From assembly GCF_004010195.1 (NCBI RefSeq), contig NC_057721.1, forward strand, positions 43,702,163-43,766,162: a stretch of 64,000 nt of DNA. The letters run 5' to 3'. The translations under genes and the position numbers were made by a program. This DNA is from Chiloscyllium plagiosum (taxonomy: Eukaryota). This document shows, piece by piece, positions 25,101-36,358 of this stretch; position 1 is the first letter of the stretch, and each line of letters opens with the position of its first letter. The notes under the pieces are model-generated. The model was not told the origin of the DNA. It ran no database searches and saw only the letters and a program-made list of their open reading frames with translations.

Positions 25101-28100
25101 TCTGGGACACCCGCATTAATCAACCCCACCACCCCATGGACAAACATTTCAACTCTCCCTCTCACTCTGCCGAGGACATGCAGGTCCTGGGCCTCCTCCA
25201 TCGCCACTCCCTCATCACCCTATGCCTGGAAGAAGAACGCCTTATCTTCCACTTCAGAACCTTCAACCCCAGGGCATCAATGTGGACTTCACCAGTTTCC
25301 TCATTTCCCCACCCCCCACCTTATCCCAGTTCCAACCTTCCAGCTATCCCCCTATTGCACACTCAGCTACCTTCTCCCCAGCCCCAACCCCCTCCCATTT
25401 ATTTCTCCACCCCTGAAGCTCCCAGCCTCATTCCTGATGAAGGGCTCTGGCCTGAAACGTCGATTTTCCTGCTCCTCGGATGCTGCCTGACCTGCTGTAC
25501 TTTTCCAGCAACACACTCTCAGTACTTCTGTCCAGACGTGCCTTTTAGCATCGACACAAAGCTAGGCAGCTTGGTTGTGAGCAGTCATTGTTCGAAGGGG
25601 TAGATGTGTTACTCTATAGCACTGTGCTTTGTCAGTTCGAACCTTGTATGCACCAAATGCACTACATGTGGTTCAAAGAAAAAGCCATGTCTCAAAGTCT
25701 AAGGGGAATAATCCTCAGTTAAATCAAGGGAGATAACCTTCAGGCAGGGGGTGCTGGCATGGTAAGTCAAAAGTATCTTCCAATGTCAGTCCTGGGCCTT
25801 GGGCATGGTTAGTTGGCTGCTCAGGATGGTTATTCTCCTTCTCGTGGGTGTGTTCACACCTGTGTCTCTAACCACACTGGCCAGGATCTTGTGCAAAATC
25901 TGAAACTTTTGGAAAATTCACCGAAGTTCTATTTGTCAATGATTATGCTCTAATCAGAAAACAAGCGTTTTGTGTACTGTGATTGACAGACTTTCAGAGA
26001 AATCAAAGCTATTTGGATTGACCATTAGTCTTGGAAAAATTGAGGTTCTGTACCATCCCTTGTCAAATTGCAATGCTATTCAATTAGACATCACCATATA
26101 TACTGGTAAGGCAGACATTTAATGGCAAACCTGGAAACTCCGGTTTTATTTTTTGCATTAAAAATGAAACTGCCTTTCAAAGATATTATTAAATGTACAT
26201 GTTGGTATGTAATGGGACTTCCAGCAGCAGGTTGTGATGGTGATGGAGAGGCAAGGGAGCTGAGCAGTTCTCTACAACCCCTACCAGTCGAGGGAGGACA
26301 GATGGAATAATTAAATGGACTCTGACTGGGAAAAGTAAGAATGTCTTTGGTTGATGGGAAGGAAGAGGAGACATATAAAGTAATTCCATAGCTCAATGTA
26401 ACCCACATGTACATAGTCCTAGAGGCATACATCGTAGATACTGGCCCTTTAGCCCATTGTGTGTGTACGCTGACCAACAAACACTAAATTATCTTAGTCC
26501 CATTTCCCTCCACTTGCTCCATAGCCTACTATGCCCTGGTATTTTAAGTGCTCACCCAGATGTTTCTTAAATGTTATGAGAATTATCTGCCTCTCCCACT
26601 CTCTCGGACATCTCACATTTGCGTCACACTCTGCATGAAAAGAGGACTTCCTCAGATCCCCATCTATTTCAGTAAGGCGTTCAACAAGGCTCCCCATGGG
26701 AAATTGATTAGCAAGGTTAGATCTCATGGAATACAGGGAGAACTAGCCATTTGGATACAGAACTGGCTCAAAGGTAGAAGACAGAGGTTGGTGGTGGAGT
26801 GTTGTTTTTCAGACTGGAGGCCTGTGACCAGTGGAGTGCCACAAGGATCGGTGCTGGGCCCTCTACTTTTTGTCATTGACATAAATGATTTGCATGCGAG
26901 CATAAGAGGTACAGTTAGTAAATTTGCAGATGACACCAAAATTGGAGGTGTAGTGGACAGCGAAGACGGTTACCTCAGATTACAACAGGATCTGGACCAG
27001 ATGGGCCAATGGGCTGAGAAGTGGCAGATGGAATTTAATTCAGATAAATGCGACATGCTGAATTTTGGGAAAGCAAATCTTAGCAGGCCTTATACACTTA
27101 AGGTCCTAGGGAGTGTTGCTGAACAAAGAGACCTTGGAGTGCAGGTTCATAGCTCCTTGAAAGTGGAGTCGCAGGTAGATAGGATAGTGAAGAAGGCGTT
27201 TGGTATGCTTTCCTTTATTGGTCAGAGTATTGAGTACAGGAGTTGGGAGGTTATGTTGCGGCTGTACAGGACATTGGTTAGGCCACTGTTGGAATATTGC
27301 ATGCAATTCTGGTCTCCTTCCTATCGGAAAGATGTTGTGAAACTTGAAAGGGTTCAGAAAAGATTTACAAGGATGTTGCCAGGGTTGGAGGATCTGAGCT
27401 ACAGGGAGAGGCTGAACAGGCTGGGACTGTTTTCCCTGGAGCGTCAGAGGCTGAGGGGTGACCTTATAGAGGTATACAAAACTATGAGGGGCATGGATAG
27501 GGTAAATAGACAAAGTCTGTTCCCTGGGGTCGGGGAGTCCAGAACTAGAGGGCATAGGTTTAGGGTGAGGGGGAAAGATATAAAAGAGACCTAAAGGGCA
27601 ACTTTTTCACGCAGAGGGTGGTACGTGTATGGAATGAGCTGCCAGAGGATGTGGTGGAGGCTGGTACAATTGCAACATTTAAGAGGCATTTGGATGGGTA
27701 TATGAATAGGAAGGGTTTGGAGGGATATGGGCCGGGTGCTGGCAGGTGGGACTAGATTGGGTTGGGATATCTGGTCGGCGTGGACGGGTTGGACTGAAGG
27801 ATCTGTTTCCATGCTGTACATCTCTATGACTCCATGACTCTAAACTACTCACTTTAAACTTATGCTTTCTGGTCTTAGACATGTCTTCCATGGGGAAAAT
27901 ATTCTCACAATCACTTTAATTTCTCTGCCCCCTCACCCATTCAAACATTCTTCTCACTAAACTGACTGCACTCAGTGCTCTCAGATCCAACCCTGACTTT
28001 GTCATCAAGTCTGCTAGCGAGGTTGGTGCTGTTATTGTTTGGTGGACTGACCTCTACATTGCAGAGGTTGAGAAACAGCTCGCAGACACTTCCTCATATC

Positions 28101-31100
28101 TCCACCTAGACCCTTATGCAACCATTGAAATTCAGGAAATGGTGAACACAATCCCTTTACATGTCTATCCCCTTCAGGATGGTCTCAGGACTCTCTGTGT
28201 CTTCGTAGAAGAAGGGTCTGAACTATGCCCATCCACCACTGCCCACCTCCGCCTTACCGAGCTCATCCTCACCCTGAACAATGTCTCCTTTAACTCCTCT
28301 CATTTTCAGTCAAAGGGGTGGCCATGATACTCATATGGGCCCCAGTTATGCCTGTTTCTTTGTGGGATATGTGGAACATTCCTTTTTCCAATCCTAATCT
28401 CGACCCCACCCACAACTCTTTTCTAGTACATTGACGACACTATCGGTGTGGCTTCTCTCTCTCGTCTGGAATTGGAAAAGTTTATCTATTTCACTTCCAA
28501 TTTCCGTTCTGCTCTCACCTTCATGTGGTCCATCTCTGACTCCTTCCTTCCCTTCCTCGACATCTCTGTTTCCATTTCTGGGGATAGACTGGCCACCAAA
28601 ACCACAACAAACTCACGGACTCCCACACTGGAGTATACTTCACGCACCCTACTTCCTGTAAAAGCTCTATTCCATTCTCCTCGTTCTTCCATCTCCATTG
28701 CATCAGTTCTGATGATGCCAGCTTTTGCCAGTGGGCCTCAGAAATGTCAATTTTTCCTCAATCAAGGATTCCCCACCACTGTGCTTGACAGAGCTCTTAG
28801 CTCTGCCTGACCCATCTCCCACACTTCTGCCCTCACCCCTTCTCTTCCCTCCCACAACAGTGGTTCCTTTATTCATCACTTACAATCCCACCTACATCCA
28901 TATCCCAAGGATCATTAGCCTCCAATTTTGCTACCTCCAGTGGAAGCCACCACCAGACAAATATTCTCCTTCCCTCCTTTGCAGGCCTTCAACAAGGACC
29001 ATTCCTTCCAGGACACCCTGGTCCAATCCTCCCAGCTGAGATGAAGTGGATGGTGGAGGAGTTGAAACTGGCAATGTCTATGAAGGAAGCTGAAATTGTT
29101 GAGGGATTATTGGAGGCTCAGGTATTGGCAGAACGAATTGGCCTCTTTAAGCCAAACCTTGCAGAGGCTCCCCATGTGCATCCCATTGCTCCTGCAGAGA
29201 AAGGAGTGGTACTTGTTGATGAGTGGGAAGCTGGACAGATTTAGATGAAGACCAGAAATACCTTATATAGGAACTGAAGACCAAAATGAGGATGCTTAGC
29301 TGTTTATGGCATCTAGAAATCTCAGTGCTTGTCAGCAGGCAGCGTTTGTGATTGAACATCTATTCAGAAATGCCCATCAGGAAATACTGGGAAGTGGTAC
29401 AGATATTCTGTAGGTTATTGAGGATGGCAATAGCCTGATGCATATACAGCAGAGGTTTTATGTAACAGTCTCGATTAGAATGGTGCTGGAAAAGCACATT
29501 CTGGTGAAAGGCTTTTGCCCAAAACGTCGATTTTCCTACACCTCGGATGCTGCCTGACCTGCTGTGCTTTTCCAGCACCACTCTAATCTAGACTCTGATC
29601 TCCAGCACCTCTGTCCTCACTTTTGCCTAGTCATTTTGTGTAAACATACATGCAAAAGTTGGGGGGAGTCTAGTTTCTGTGTACTGTCTTGGGACTGGTG
29701 AAGTTGTTTGTTTGCATTGTTCTCCTGGATCCCTCCTTTCAAATGACTAGAGACAGAATAATAAGGACTGCTGAGCAGGAACAGTAAGGGATGGGAATAT
29801 CCAAATACAGCAGAGAAGACTTAACAGTGGCAAACTTTAATCATCTCTCTAGGAAGCATAAGATCACATTATTGGCATCATGGAGAGAGACTGGATTCCT
29901 AAGACCATGAAAGAAGGTCCCAGGGAGTTGGCTGTTGGCACAGTTGGGGAAGTTGATCTCAGGCAGAAAGGCAGGCAGAGTTGATTGTTACCCAGCAGCC
30001 ACCGGACCAACCCTTGCTGTCCTATCTCCAAAGTTAGTGTCATGGCTGATACTGCTCAAGGGACACTCTAAAGAGGAACTGCAATTGTGAAGTGTCAAAA
30101 AAGTTTACATTCACCTTTCAGAATGACATTTCAAACGAGACTGCCTGCAATGACTCGTGCCAGCCCCTATCCTGTGCAATGGCCGTCTCTTCTCAACAGG
30201 CGTTAAACTACTCAGGCATCCCACTGAGTGCTAGGTAGCGGGTGAGATTCCTTTAGGAGGAGGCTGTCTTATATACAGTAATGGGGACTTGCCCTGCAGT
30301 GAGTGCAGAATTTGGCAAGGTAGAAACATTGCACCTAAATGACAGCAGGAGCAGAGATTTCAACCATGCCTCACCAGATTTTCTGTGAGTGTATGTGAGC
30401 CTGATTGATATTGTTCCCACATCCGAGTCTCTGTTTTGCAGGTGTTGGACATTCCTTATCATTGCTATATTGAGCTCTCCCTGTATGTGCTCAATTACAC
30501 TGTAGGTTAGGCCATAGCTGGAGCACTATGTGCAGTTCAGGTCACCACATTATACGAAGGATATAATTGCATTAGAAGGGTGCAGAGAAGATTCCCTAGG
30601 ACGTTGCCCGGGAATAAGCATTTTAGCCATGACGAGAGGCTGGATAAACTCAGGTTGTTTTCTTCAGAGCAGAGAAAACTGGGAGGGGACCTAATTACGA
30701 TATATAAGATTATGTGGAGCATGAACAGATTGGTTAGAAAGCAGCTCTTCCCCTTAAGTTGAAGTGTCAACAATATGATGGTACAATTTTAAAATGAAGG
30801 GCAGAGATTTAGAGGGAATTTGGAGAAAAATCTTTTCACCTAGAGGGTTGAGGCAATCTGGAATGCACCACCTGGGAGGATAGTACAGCTGGAAAGCATA
30901 TTTGATGAGCATTGAAATGTCACAATGTTCAAGGCTACGTGGTAAGTGCTGGAAATTGGGATTAGTGTGAATAGGTTGCAGCAGACCTGCTGGGATGAAG
31001 GCCTTCTTCTGTCCTCTAAAACTCTATAACTATTGCTGTGGTTCTGTTCGCCGAGCTGGAAGTTTTTGTTGCAAACGTTTCGTCCCCTGTCTATGGGAGC

Positions 31101-34100
31101 CTCCTGTGAAGCGCTTCTGTGGTGTTTCCTCCAGCATTTACAGTGGCCTGTCCCTGCCGCTTCCGGTTGTCAGTTTCAGCTGTCCGCTGTAGTGGCCGGT
31201 ATATTGGGTCCAGGTCGATGTGTTTGTTGATGGAGTTTGTGGATGAGTGCCATGCTTCTAGGAATTCCCTGGCTGTTCCTCGTTTGGCTTTATTTTGTGC
31301 AAACTGTTCTTGTCGTTTAGTAAGAATGAAAGTTGTTAGATATTGAGAATTTTTAACAATTCCATCCCGAAGAATGAGGATTTAATAATTTAGCTTCATG
31401 TTGCTGTGGTTCTGTTCGCCGAGCTGGATGTTTTTGTTGCAAACGTTTCGTCCCCTGTCTAGGTGACATTCTCAGTGCTTGGGAGCCTCCTGTGATGCGC
31501 TTCTGTGGTGTTTCCTCCGGCATTTATAGAGTGCCATCCACAATCTCCATCAACAAACACATCGACCTGGACCCAATATACCGGCCACTACAGTGGACAG
31601 CTGAAACTGACAACCGGAAGCGGCAGGGACAGGCCACTATAAATGCCGGAGGAAAAACCACAGAAGCGCTTCACAGGAGACTCCCAAGCACTGAGGATGT
31701 CACCTAGACAGGGGACGAAACGTTTGCAACAAAAACTTCCAGCTCGGCGAACAGAACCACAGCAATGAGCACCCGAGCTACAAATCTTCTCACAAACTTT
31801 GAACTCTATAACTATTATACAAAGCTGAAGAATATTGGTTGTTTTAAATGCCTTGCAACCCTTATCTTCAGTGATGAATTGATTGATAGAGAGTAACAGC
31901 TAGGATCAGCAAATGAGATGGGTGCTCAGAAGGCTTTACACTGAAGTATTAAATTATCACAACATTAGATGTCCATGATGTTTGCACTCTGGTTATTACT
32001 TCCCTCATTTATTCTGTGAAACTTCACCTCTATATTTTTAATACATGAGGCAGTTGAAACAATATTGCATGTGTACTCTTTGGTCCATCCTCAACATCCA
32101 CTGACAAGACATGATTAGAAATCTCAAAATCTTAGACTGAGGCCGGTGAACCAGTATTGAGGCAATTCTCCTGATAGCTGATCTGTGCTGGGTAGGACAT
32201 GTCATTAGAATGGATGACCATCGCATTTCCAGAGAGTTGCGTATGGAGGGTTAGTGGCTGGCAAAGGAAGCCAAAGTTGACTGAGAAAGCACTACAAGAC
32301 ATGCTTCTGAAAAACTTGAAATGTTCTGGTACTCATTGGAGACCTCCAAATTGTATGTCACTTTGAAAAGGATCAATGTCAACATCTTATTGCTGCTCAT
32401 GAATAGTATCATACAGCAGGATCTATCTGTCTCAACAATATATCAATCTCAATGCCCCAACTGTTTTGATAGTTGTGTGTTCAGACTGGGGCTACGTAAC
32501 TGTTACTGTGTTCTTTGTTGATGAGTTGCCCTTCATTTTAAAATTGTATCATCATATTGTTGACACTTCAACTTAAGGGGAAGAGCTGCTTTCAAACCAA
32601 TCTGTTCATGCTCCTCATTGTTGATGTTGAAGGATAACCAGCATCATCATTATTGATGCAAATTCTGGGCAATTAACATCATGGAATTCCTTTAACTCAT
32701 ATATGTTCAAAGCCATTACATATTTTAGCAGTAAAAGATCCTCACATTACCTGGAGACAGTGCAGATATCTTTAACCAGTATTGTATAAGTCCTTGATTA
32801 ACTCAATTGCCCTTGAAGAGCCTAACTTTGCTCATAAATGGAGCTCACAATCTCAGACAAAAGAAAACCCTCATTCAGTCCATTCTGGGTGTATTAACAG
32901 CTGGTTTCCATTTCCATTGCACAATTGTGATTTAGATGAGGACAGGAGGCAACACAATGCTTCAGAGAGTGAGTTATAGGCTCATTATCAATTCATGGGA
33001 CTCTCCTCACCTTCATGTTCCTTTCTGACTTGCCCTACCTGTCAACCCATCAGGTTTGAGCCTCCCATTCCTAAAAAAAACATTTTTCATTTAATACTTC
33101 ATCTTTCCATTTTACACCCAAGCCTCAGGCCCACAGCTTAATTATGTCAAGCATTGTTACATACTGTTATGAAGATATGGGTGTACTGTACCTTTAAGAA
33201 AGTTAAAAGCTAGCAGAACTATCTGACAGCACCAAGTGTTCTCAACAAGATACAATGTAGCATGTGGTCCAGCAGTTAGTGTAGCTGGTTGCCTGTAGAC
33301 AAAAACAGATTTGATTTATGCCAATCAGTTTAAATTATACCCTCCCAAAAAAAAATTCTAATCAATTTTGAATTTAGTATATTGACAATCTTAAAAGCCA
33401 GTGACATAATCCAGTGCTTTGAGGGGAAAATTGAACAGTTGGGAGGAGAACTGCCACCAGACCAACAGATGTAGACTGCTAGTCAGAACTGTCTGAGAGG
33501 TACCTGACTAGAGAAGGAGTTTGCACAGAGAAATACATCGACACTGACCTGGAGAGCAAATCTGCAAAGAGAAGATTCAACAGTTGGCTGGTTTTGAAAT
33601 TTGGATTTTTCAGTAAATCTTAATCAGGGGTTTTATCCGACTAGTATTAAAAGAAGGGAAGATAAAGGATAGGTTAGAGGAAGTAGTTGTAAATAGTTGT
33701 TAGTTAATTATTCTCTGTTATACTTTAAGAAATAAAGTTGCAAATTTTTATTTTAAAAATTTCTTGGCCTCTCAAGTTTCACAGATTACTGCATGGGATA
33801 AATCTTTTCTGTGTTGTTGGTGTAAATTAAGCAGGAGGGCTTACCCTGTGTTGTAACATGTATAGTCCACCCATTGAAGCCAGGATGGTGGTGACCATTG
33901 CTCCCTCACTGTCTCAATGCCACACTCTGTGCTCTCCCATGGTGTGTTGTTTCCTAGCCTTATATATTGGCTTGCCCACAGCCCATCCCCTTCACAATTA
34001 TTGTCCCCTCTGCATCCCATAAGCTGCCTTTAACCAATACACTTAACTTCCCAACATATCAACACAGCAATGGCCTCTGTCAATCACTCTTAACTTTCAG

Positions 34101-35796
34101 TGGACAGATCTCAGGACTGATCTTGGCCCAAACCCTTGACTGACTGATAATGACAATCCTGACTGATGGTGGACCAGAACCCTGAATGATCACTGCGCAG
34201 CTTCTGATTTATTTATTACTGAACCTTGATTCATTGGACTCGACCTGCAGGATGGTCTATTGGGCATCCCCGGATTGTAGTGAGATGGAATTCCTGACCA
34301 TGATTATCTCAAGCAACTGAACAGACCCTTTCAAGCCTCTGGATATGTGATCTCCTTCACTGATTGTGGCTTCACCCTCTGACTGACCAAAGCTCCCTTT
34401 GACTAAACTAGGGAGGCTCTCCTTAGAATTTGAATCATAGTCATTTGGTTGAAACACATTCAGTGTGTTTGCTTTTCAAAGTTGATGACACATGCTGCAA
34501 CTGATCTACCTCTCTGTCTGTGCTAAAAGGCAAGGTAAGACAGACAGGCCATAAGTTCTGAATAAAGCAATAATGTGCAAGAAATGCAAGACAATGTGAA
34601 GATGCAGTGAGCATCCATGCAAGTATAAAGTGAGAAAGCACTACAAAAGCAAGCAAAGAGCCTTAGATGCAGCCTATTCAAATAAATGAGATGAGTTCCT
34701 GTCCCTGTATGCAAAGTGGCCTTGTAATGAAACATGTCCAAAGTGCAGTATTGAAGGAGCTGAACTATATTATAGGTATTCATTTCCCAGCCCTATATTT
34801 TGACTATTGAACCTGTGCTGACATGCTACTGCACACGACTGGGGTAAGTGACAGTTGAATCTGGGCTGCCTCACTCAGAGTTATAAAACTACCACTGTGC
34901 CACAGGAGTCTGATTTTCACACAGATTGCTAAACAACCTCTGCTCCTAATCTATTTATAGCTATTGTAAATGCACGTAGTCCCTGTCCATGGACATACCC
35001 TGGGATGTAGGGAATTATGGCCGGAGTAGGTGCTGGTGAGTTGCCAGGTAACCACTCTGACCTTCAGATCAGGAATTGGGGCCATCCATTTCTCTCTGCC
35101 ATGTGGGAAAACAGCAAATTGCATACAGATAAAGCAAGCTTAGTTAGTAATGAGATATTAATGCATGAAACAGACCCCTCACCAATCTCTGACGAAATTC
35201 TAAGCTCGCCATTGCAACCTTGAGTGGAAAATCTGACTTTTTTTCTCATTATTGAGAATGTCATGTTTGCATTCATGCTGTATTTCCCAGCTGTCTTTGC
35301 AATTGCCTGCATTGTTCAGGGACTGGGAAAATTCTGCTTAATATTTCTTTTCAAATGTAATAGCTCAAATTTCCTGGAAATGAGCTACTCTGCTGTGACA
35401 CCTTTTCAAAAATGTTTGGCCTGATTTCAAGCCTGTCTGCACATAGGAACATGTAAGGTCGAGAGGTTAAATGATGGTAGGTACTTACATGCTGCATTTC
35501 CAAAAAGTTTGGGTTTGCTGTCATTTTAATTGTTTGGATACTGACAGCATTAGTGCCATGTAGCGGAGGGAGGTACCCAGTCTCATTAACATTAAAAAGT
35601 TGGATCACTTACAGCTTTGTTCAAAAAAAGCCTCATTTTTTGTATGTTCTCATCATGTCTCTTTGTTTCCTTTCTTACTTTAGGTACAAAAGAAGGTCAT
35701 CATTATGTGCAGGTTATTATTGTTATTCTGGTGGTAGTGGTTGGACTGATTATTCTTGTGGGCGTGGCATATTGTTTTTTTCAGAAAAGTCTTTAA
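16123..35796 (+). CDS. CD2-family IgSF membrane protein, gene A (CD2/CD58-like; 4 coding exons 16123-16183, 16292-16612, 19062-19325, 35684-35796; 252 aa as assembled)
   Basis: All three introns are GT-AG and phase 1. Exon lengths 61+321+264+113 = 759 nt give one open frame: signal peptide, IgV lacking the canonical disulfide, 4-Cys IgC2, TM, stop. This matches CD2/SLAM family architecture. Confidence 0.88.
16292..16612 (+). CDS. Gene A exon 2, IgV domain, CD2-like
   Basis: Acceptor tttattcttag|, donor G|GTAAGT, 321 nt. Reads ...DVYSEPGSTVLVNVC...DFMWLKG...ARYRN...FSNGTLKF...DDEGEYKFEVHNNEGK...FKLHLL, recognisably parallel to human CD2 domain 1 (DIKWEK...AQFRK...FKNGTLKI...DDQDIYKVSIYDTKGK). 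Confidence 0.93.
16985..17360 (-). mobile_element. Two Penelope-like terminal fragments in gene A intron 2
   Basis: attgctggaaaagtgcagcaggtctggcaacacctgtggag and gcagatgcc...ctggagaaactcaacaggtgtgacagtatctgtaga. Confidence 0.65.
18100..18770 (+). mobile_element. CR1-group LINE family B 3' part, internally deleted
   Basis: PTIFSC..NDL.SIIRS.VGMF.DD motif and the characteristic 3' UTR (aaatcctggaattccctcc). Confidence 0.82.
19062..19325 (+). CDS. Gene A exon 3, IgC2 domain with four Cys
   Basis: Long poly-T acceptor ending ttttag|, donor CAG|GTAAGT, 264 nt. EKLSTPVLNITC...MSCEV...FFCKIENPVSK...ELTCA matches the CD2 domain 2 pattern (ERVSKPKISWTC...LTCEV...FKCTAGNKVSK...VSC). Confidence 0.93.
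20192..20600 (-). mobile_element. Penelope-like element 3' end
   Basis: Minus strand ERLIFRRGTLQPQGMNSDFSSF (GIY-YIG C-terminus), C-rich UTR and terminal repeat. Confidence 0.88.
23880..24624. mobile_element. Possible solo LTR interrupting the RTE element
   Basis: About 740 bp of non-RTE sequence starting TGTGA and ending TTAACA; no clean target-site duplication. Confidence 0.3.
25035..25520 (+). mobile_element. Penelope-like element 3' end (GIY-YIG plus terminal repeat with hammerhead motif)
   Basis: LYIGETGRLLAERFKEHL...HFNSPSHSAEDMQVLGL...LEEERLIF. Confidence 0.92.
25430..25465 (+). ncRNA. Minimal type I hammerhead ribozyme motif (Penelope-associated)
   Basis: CTGATGA (25434-40), stem II gggc/tctg/gcct, GAAAC, GTC; stem I is weak. 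Confidence 0.55.
26415..26660 (-). mobile_element. Diverged CR1 3' end
   Basis: Minus-strand TFKKHLGEHLKYQGIVGYG and CR1 3' UTR. Confidence 0.75.
26665..27840 (+). mobile_element. Young CR1/HER1 LINE, 5'-truncated, about 310 codons of RT still open
   Basis: FSKAFNKAPH...[14 protein letters not shown]...[10 protein letters not shown]...LEYCMQFWSP; ctatgactccatgact tail. Confidence 0.96.
27950..29035 (+). mobile_element. Penelope-like RT fragment, degenerate
   Basis: SNPDFVIKSA..GAVIVW.TDLYIAE, KGVAM.THMGPSYA..FVGYVEHS and YIDDTIG motifs. Confidence 0.88.
29465..29630. mobile_element. Palindromic Penelope-terminus derivative
   Basis: gattagaatggtgctggaaaagcaca ... tgtgcttttccagcaccactctaatc inverted arms around a decayed hammerhead. 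Confidence 0.8.
30495..31034 (+). mobile_element. Diverged CR1 3' end
   Basis: ERLDKLRLFSSEQRKLGGDLITIYKIM. Confidence 0.85.
31035..31801. mobile_element. Compound Penelope-like insertion (two minus arms and one plus arm) with a 15-bp flanking duplication
   Basis: Arms about 31033-31278(-), 31401-31530(-) and 31530-31801(+); REFLEAWHSSTNSINKHIDLDPIY GIY-YIG tail; aactctataactatt at 31020-31034 and 31802-31816. Confidence 0.88.
31687..31728 (+). ncRNA. Minimal type I hammerhead ribozyme motif with intact core
   Basis: gca-CTGAGGA-t-gtc.acct(agac)agg.g.gac-GAAAC-GTT-tgc; stem I gca/tgc. Confidence 0.65.
32527..32614 (-). repeat. 88-bp inverted local copy of 30716-30803
   Basis: 86/88 identical by eye to the diverged CR1 copy 1.8 kb upstream. 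Confidence 0.9.
33165..33858 (+). mobile_element. Solo LTR
   Basis: TGTTAT...GTAACA inverted termini; AATAAA near 33731; no clear TSD. Confidence 0.65.
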
Positions 35797-35819
35797 CATC
35801 ATCTGGAAGACAAGGGGAG
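35684..35819 (+). CDS. Gene A exon 4, transmembrane exon (stop TAA 35794-35796 as assembled; donor after 35819)
   Basis: Polypyrimidine acceptor tttcttactttag|. The phase-1 frame gives GTKEGHHYVQVIIVILVVVVGLIILVGVAYCFFQKSL*. Strong donor GAG|GTAAGT at 35819/35820. Confidence 0.85.
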
Positions 35820-36054
35820 GTAAGTTTATAATTGAATTTACAACAGAGTCTCACGTACAATGACTTCACTGGTGTCACTGTTGTCTCTGGTGTCCCCCAA
35901 CGATCAATCATTGGTGGGTGGTATCGTCCAAAAAAACAGAATTAATTTTCACTGCAACGAGCTTTACCTTAGCATTAACTCTTTGCATTTTGCTTTTATT
36001 GCTGAATTATCAGACTATTTCTTTGGATCAGCAGAAATAACTATTAAGTAAATA

Positions 36055-36260
36055 TTAGGAAACAAGAAACCTAAGAGGGGTGCCGACTCCAAACACCATT
36101 TCCTAGCCACCAACCACATCCCCTCTTACCTAGCTGCGGGTCTGAGACTAAATCAGTCTGTTCATAAAATTGGTGTTGCATTTGACCCTGAGATGTGCCT
36201 CTTACAACATATTGATGACATCAGTAAGATCATCTACTTCCATCTCTGTCCAATCTGTTG
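36055..36260 (+). mobile_element. L2-like LINE fragment
   Basis: LRLNQSVHKIGVAFDPE motif. Confidence 0.55.
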
Positions 36261-36358
36261 CAGACAGAACATATATGGCCCATGTTTAATTCTAGAGAAC
36301 GGTATTCATTGAATTACATTCTGTAACAATTCTTTTTATTTCATTTATTTTTTTCCAG

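Larger units (their letters stand above)
21950..32650 (+). mobile_element. Ancient RTE-clade LINE broken into pieces (about 21950-22330, 23030-23880, 25870-26100, 31820-32650)
   Basis: RTLLDRNGTTRPERRAAL endonuclease start, MNSNKASGKD.I.A.IFK RT start, LCWVGHVIRMDDHRI.R C-terminus and catcatcat tail, in collinear order. Confidence 0.72.

Noticed and set aside
26548-27594. 348-aa ORF as a host gene
   Set aside because: It is the RT of a truncated CR1; its N-terminal 39 codons come from an adjacent antisense repeat.
35291-35424. Acceptor followed by AVFAIACIVQGLGKFCLIFLF as an alternative membrane exon
   Set aside because: The hydrophobic run is interrupted by Q and K and there is no convincing donor; the exon at 35684 is far stronger.
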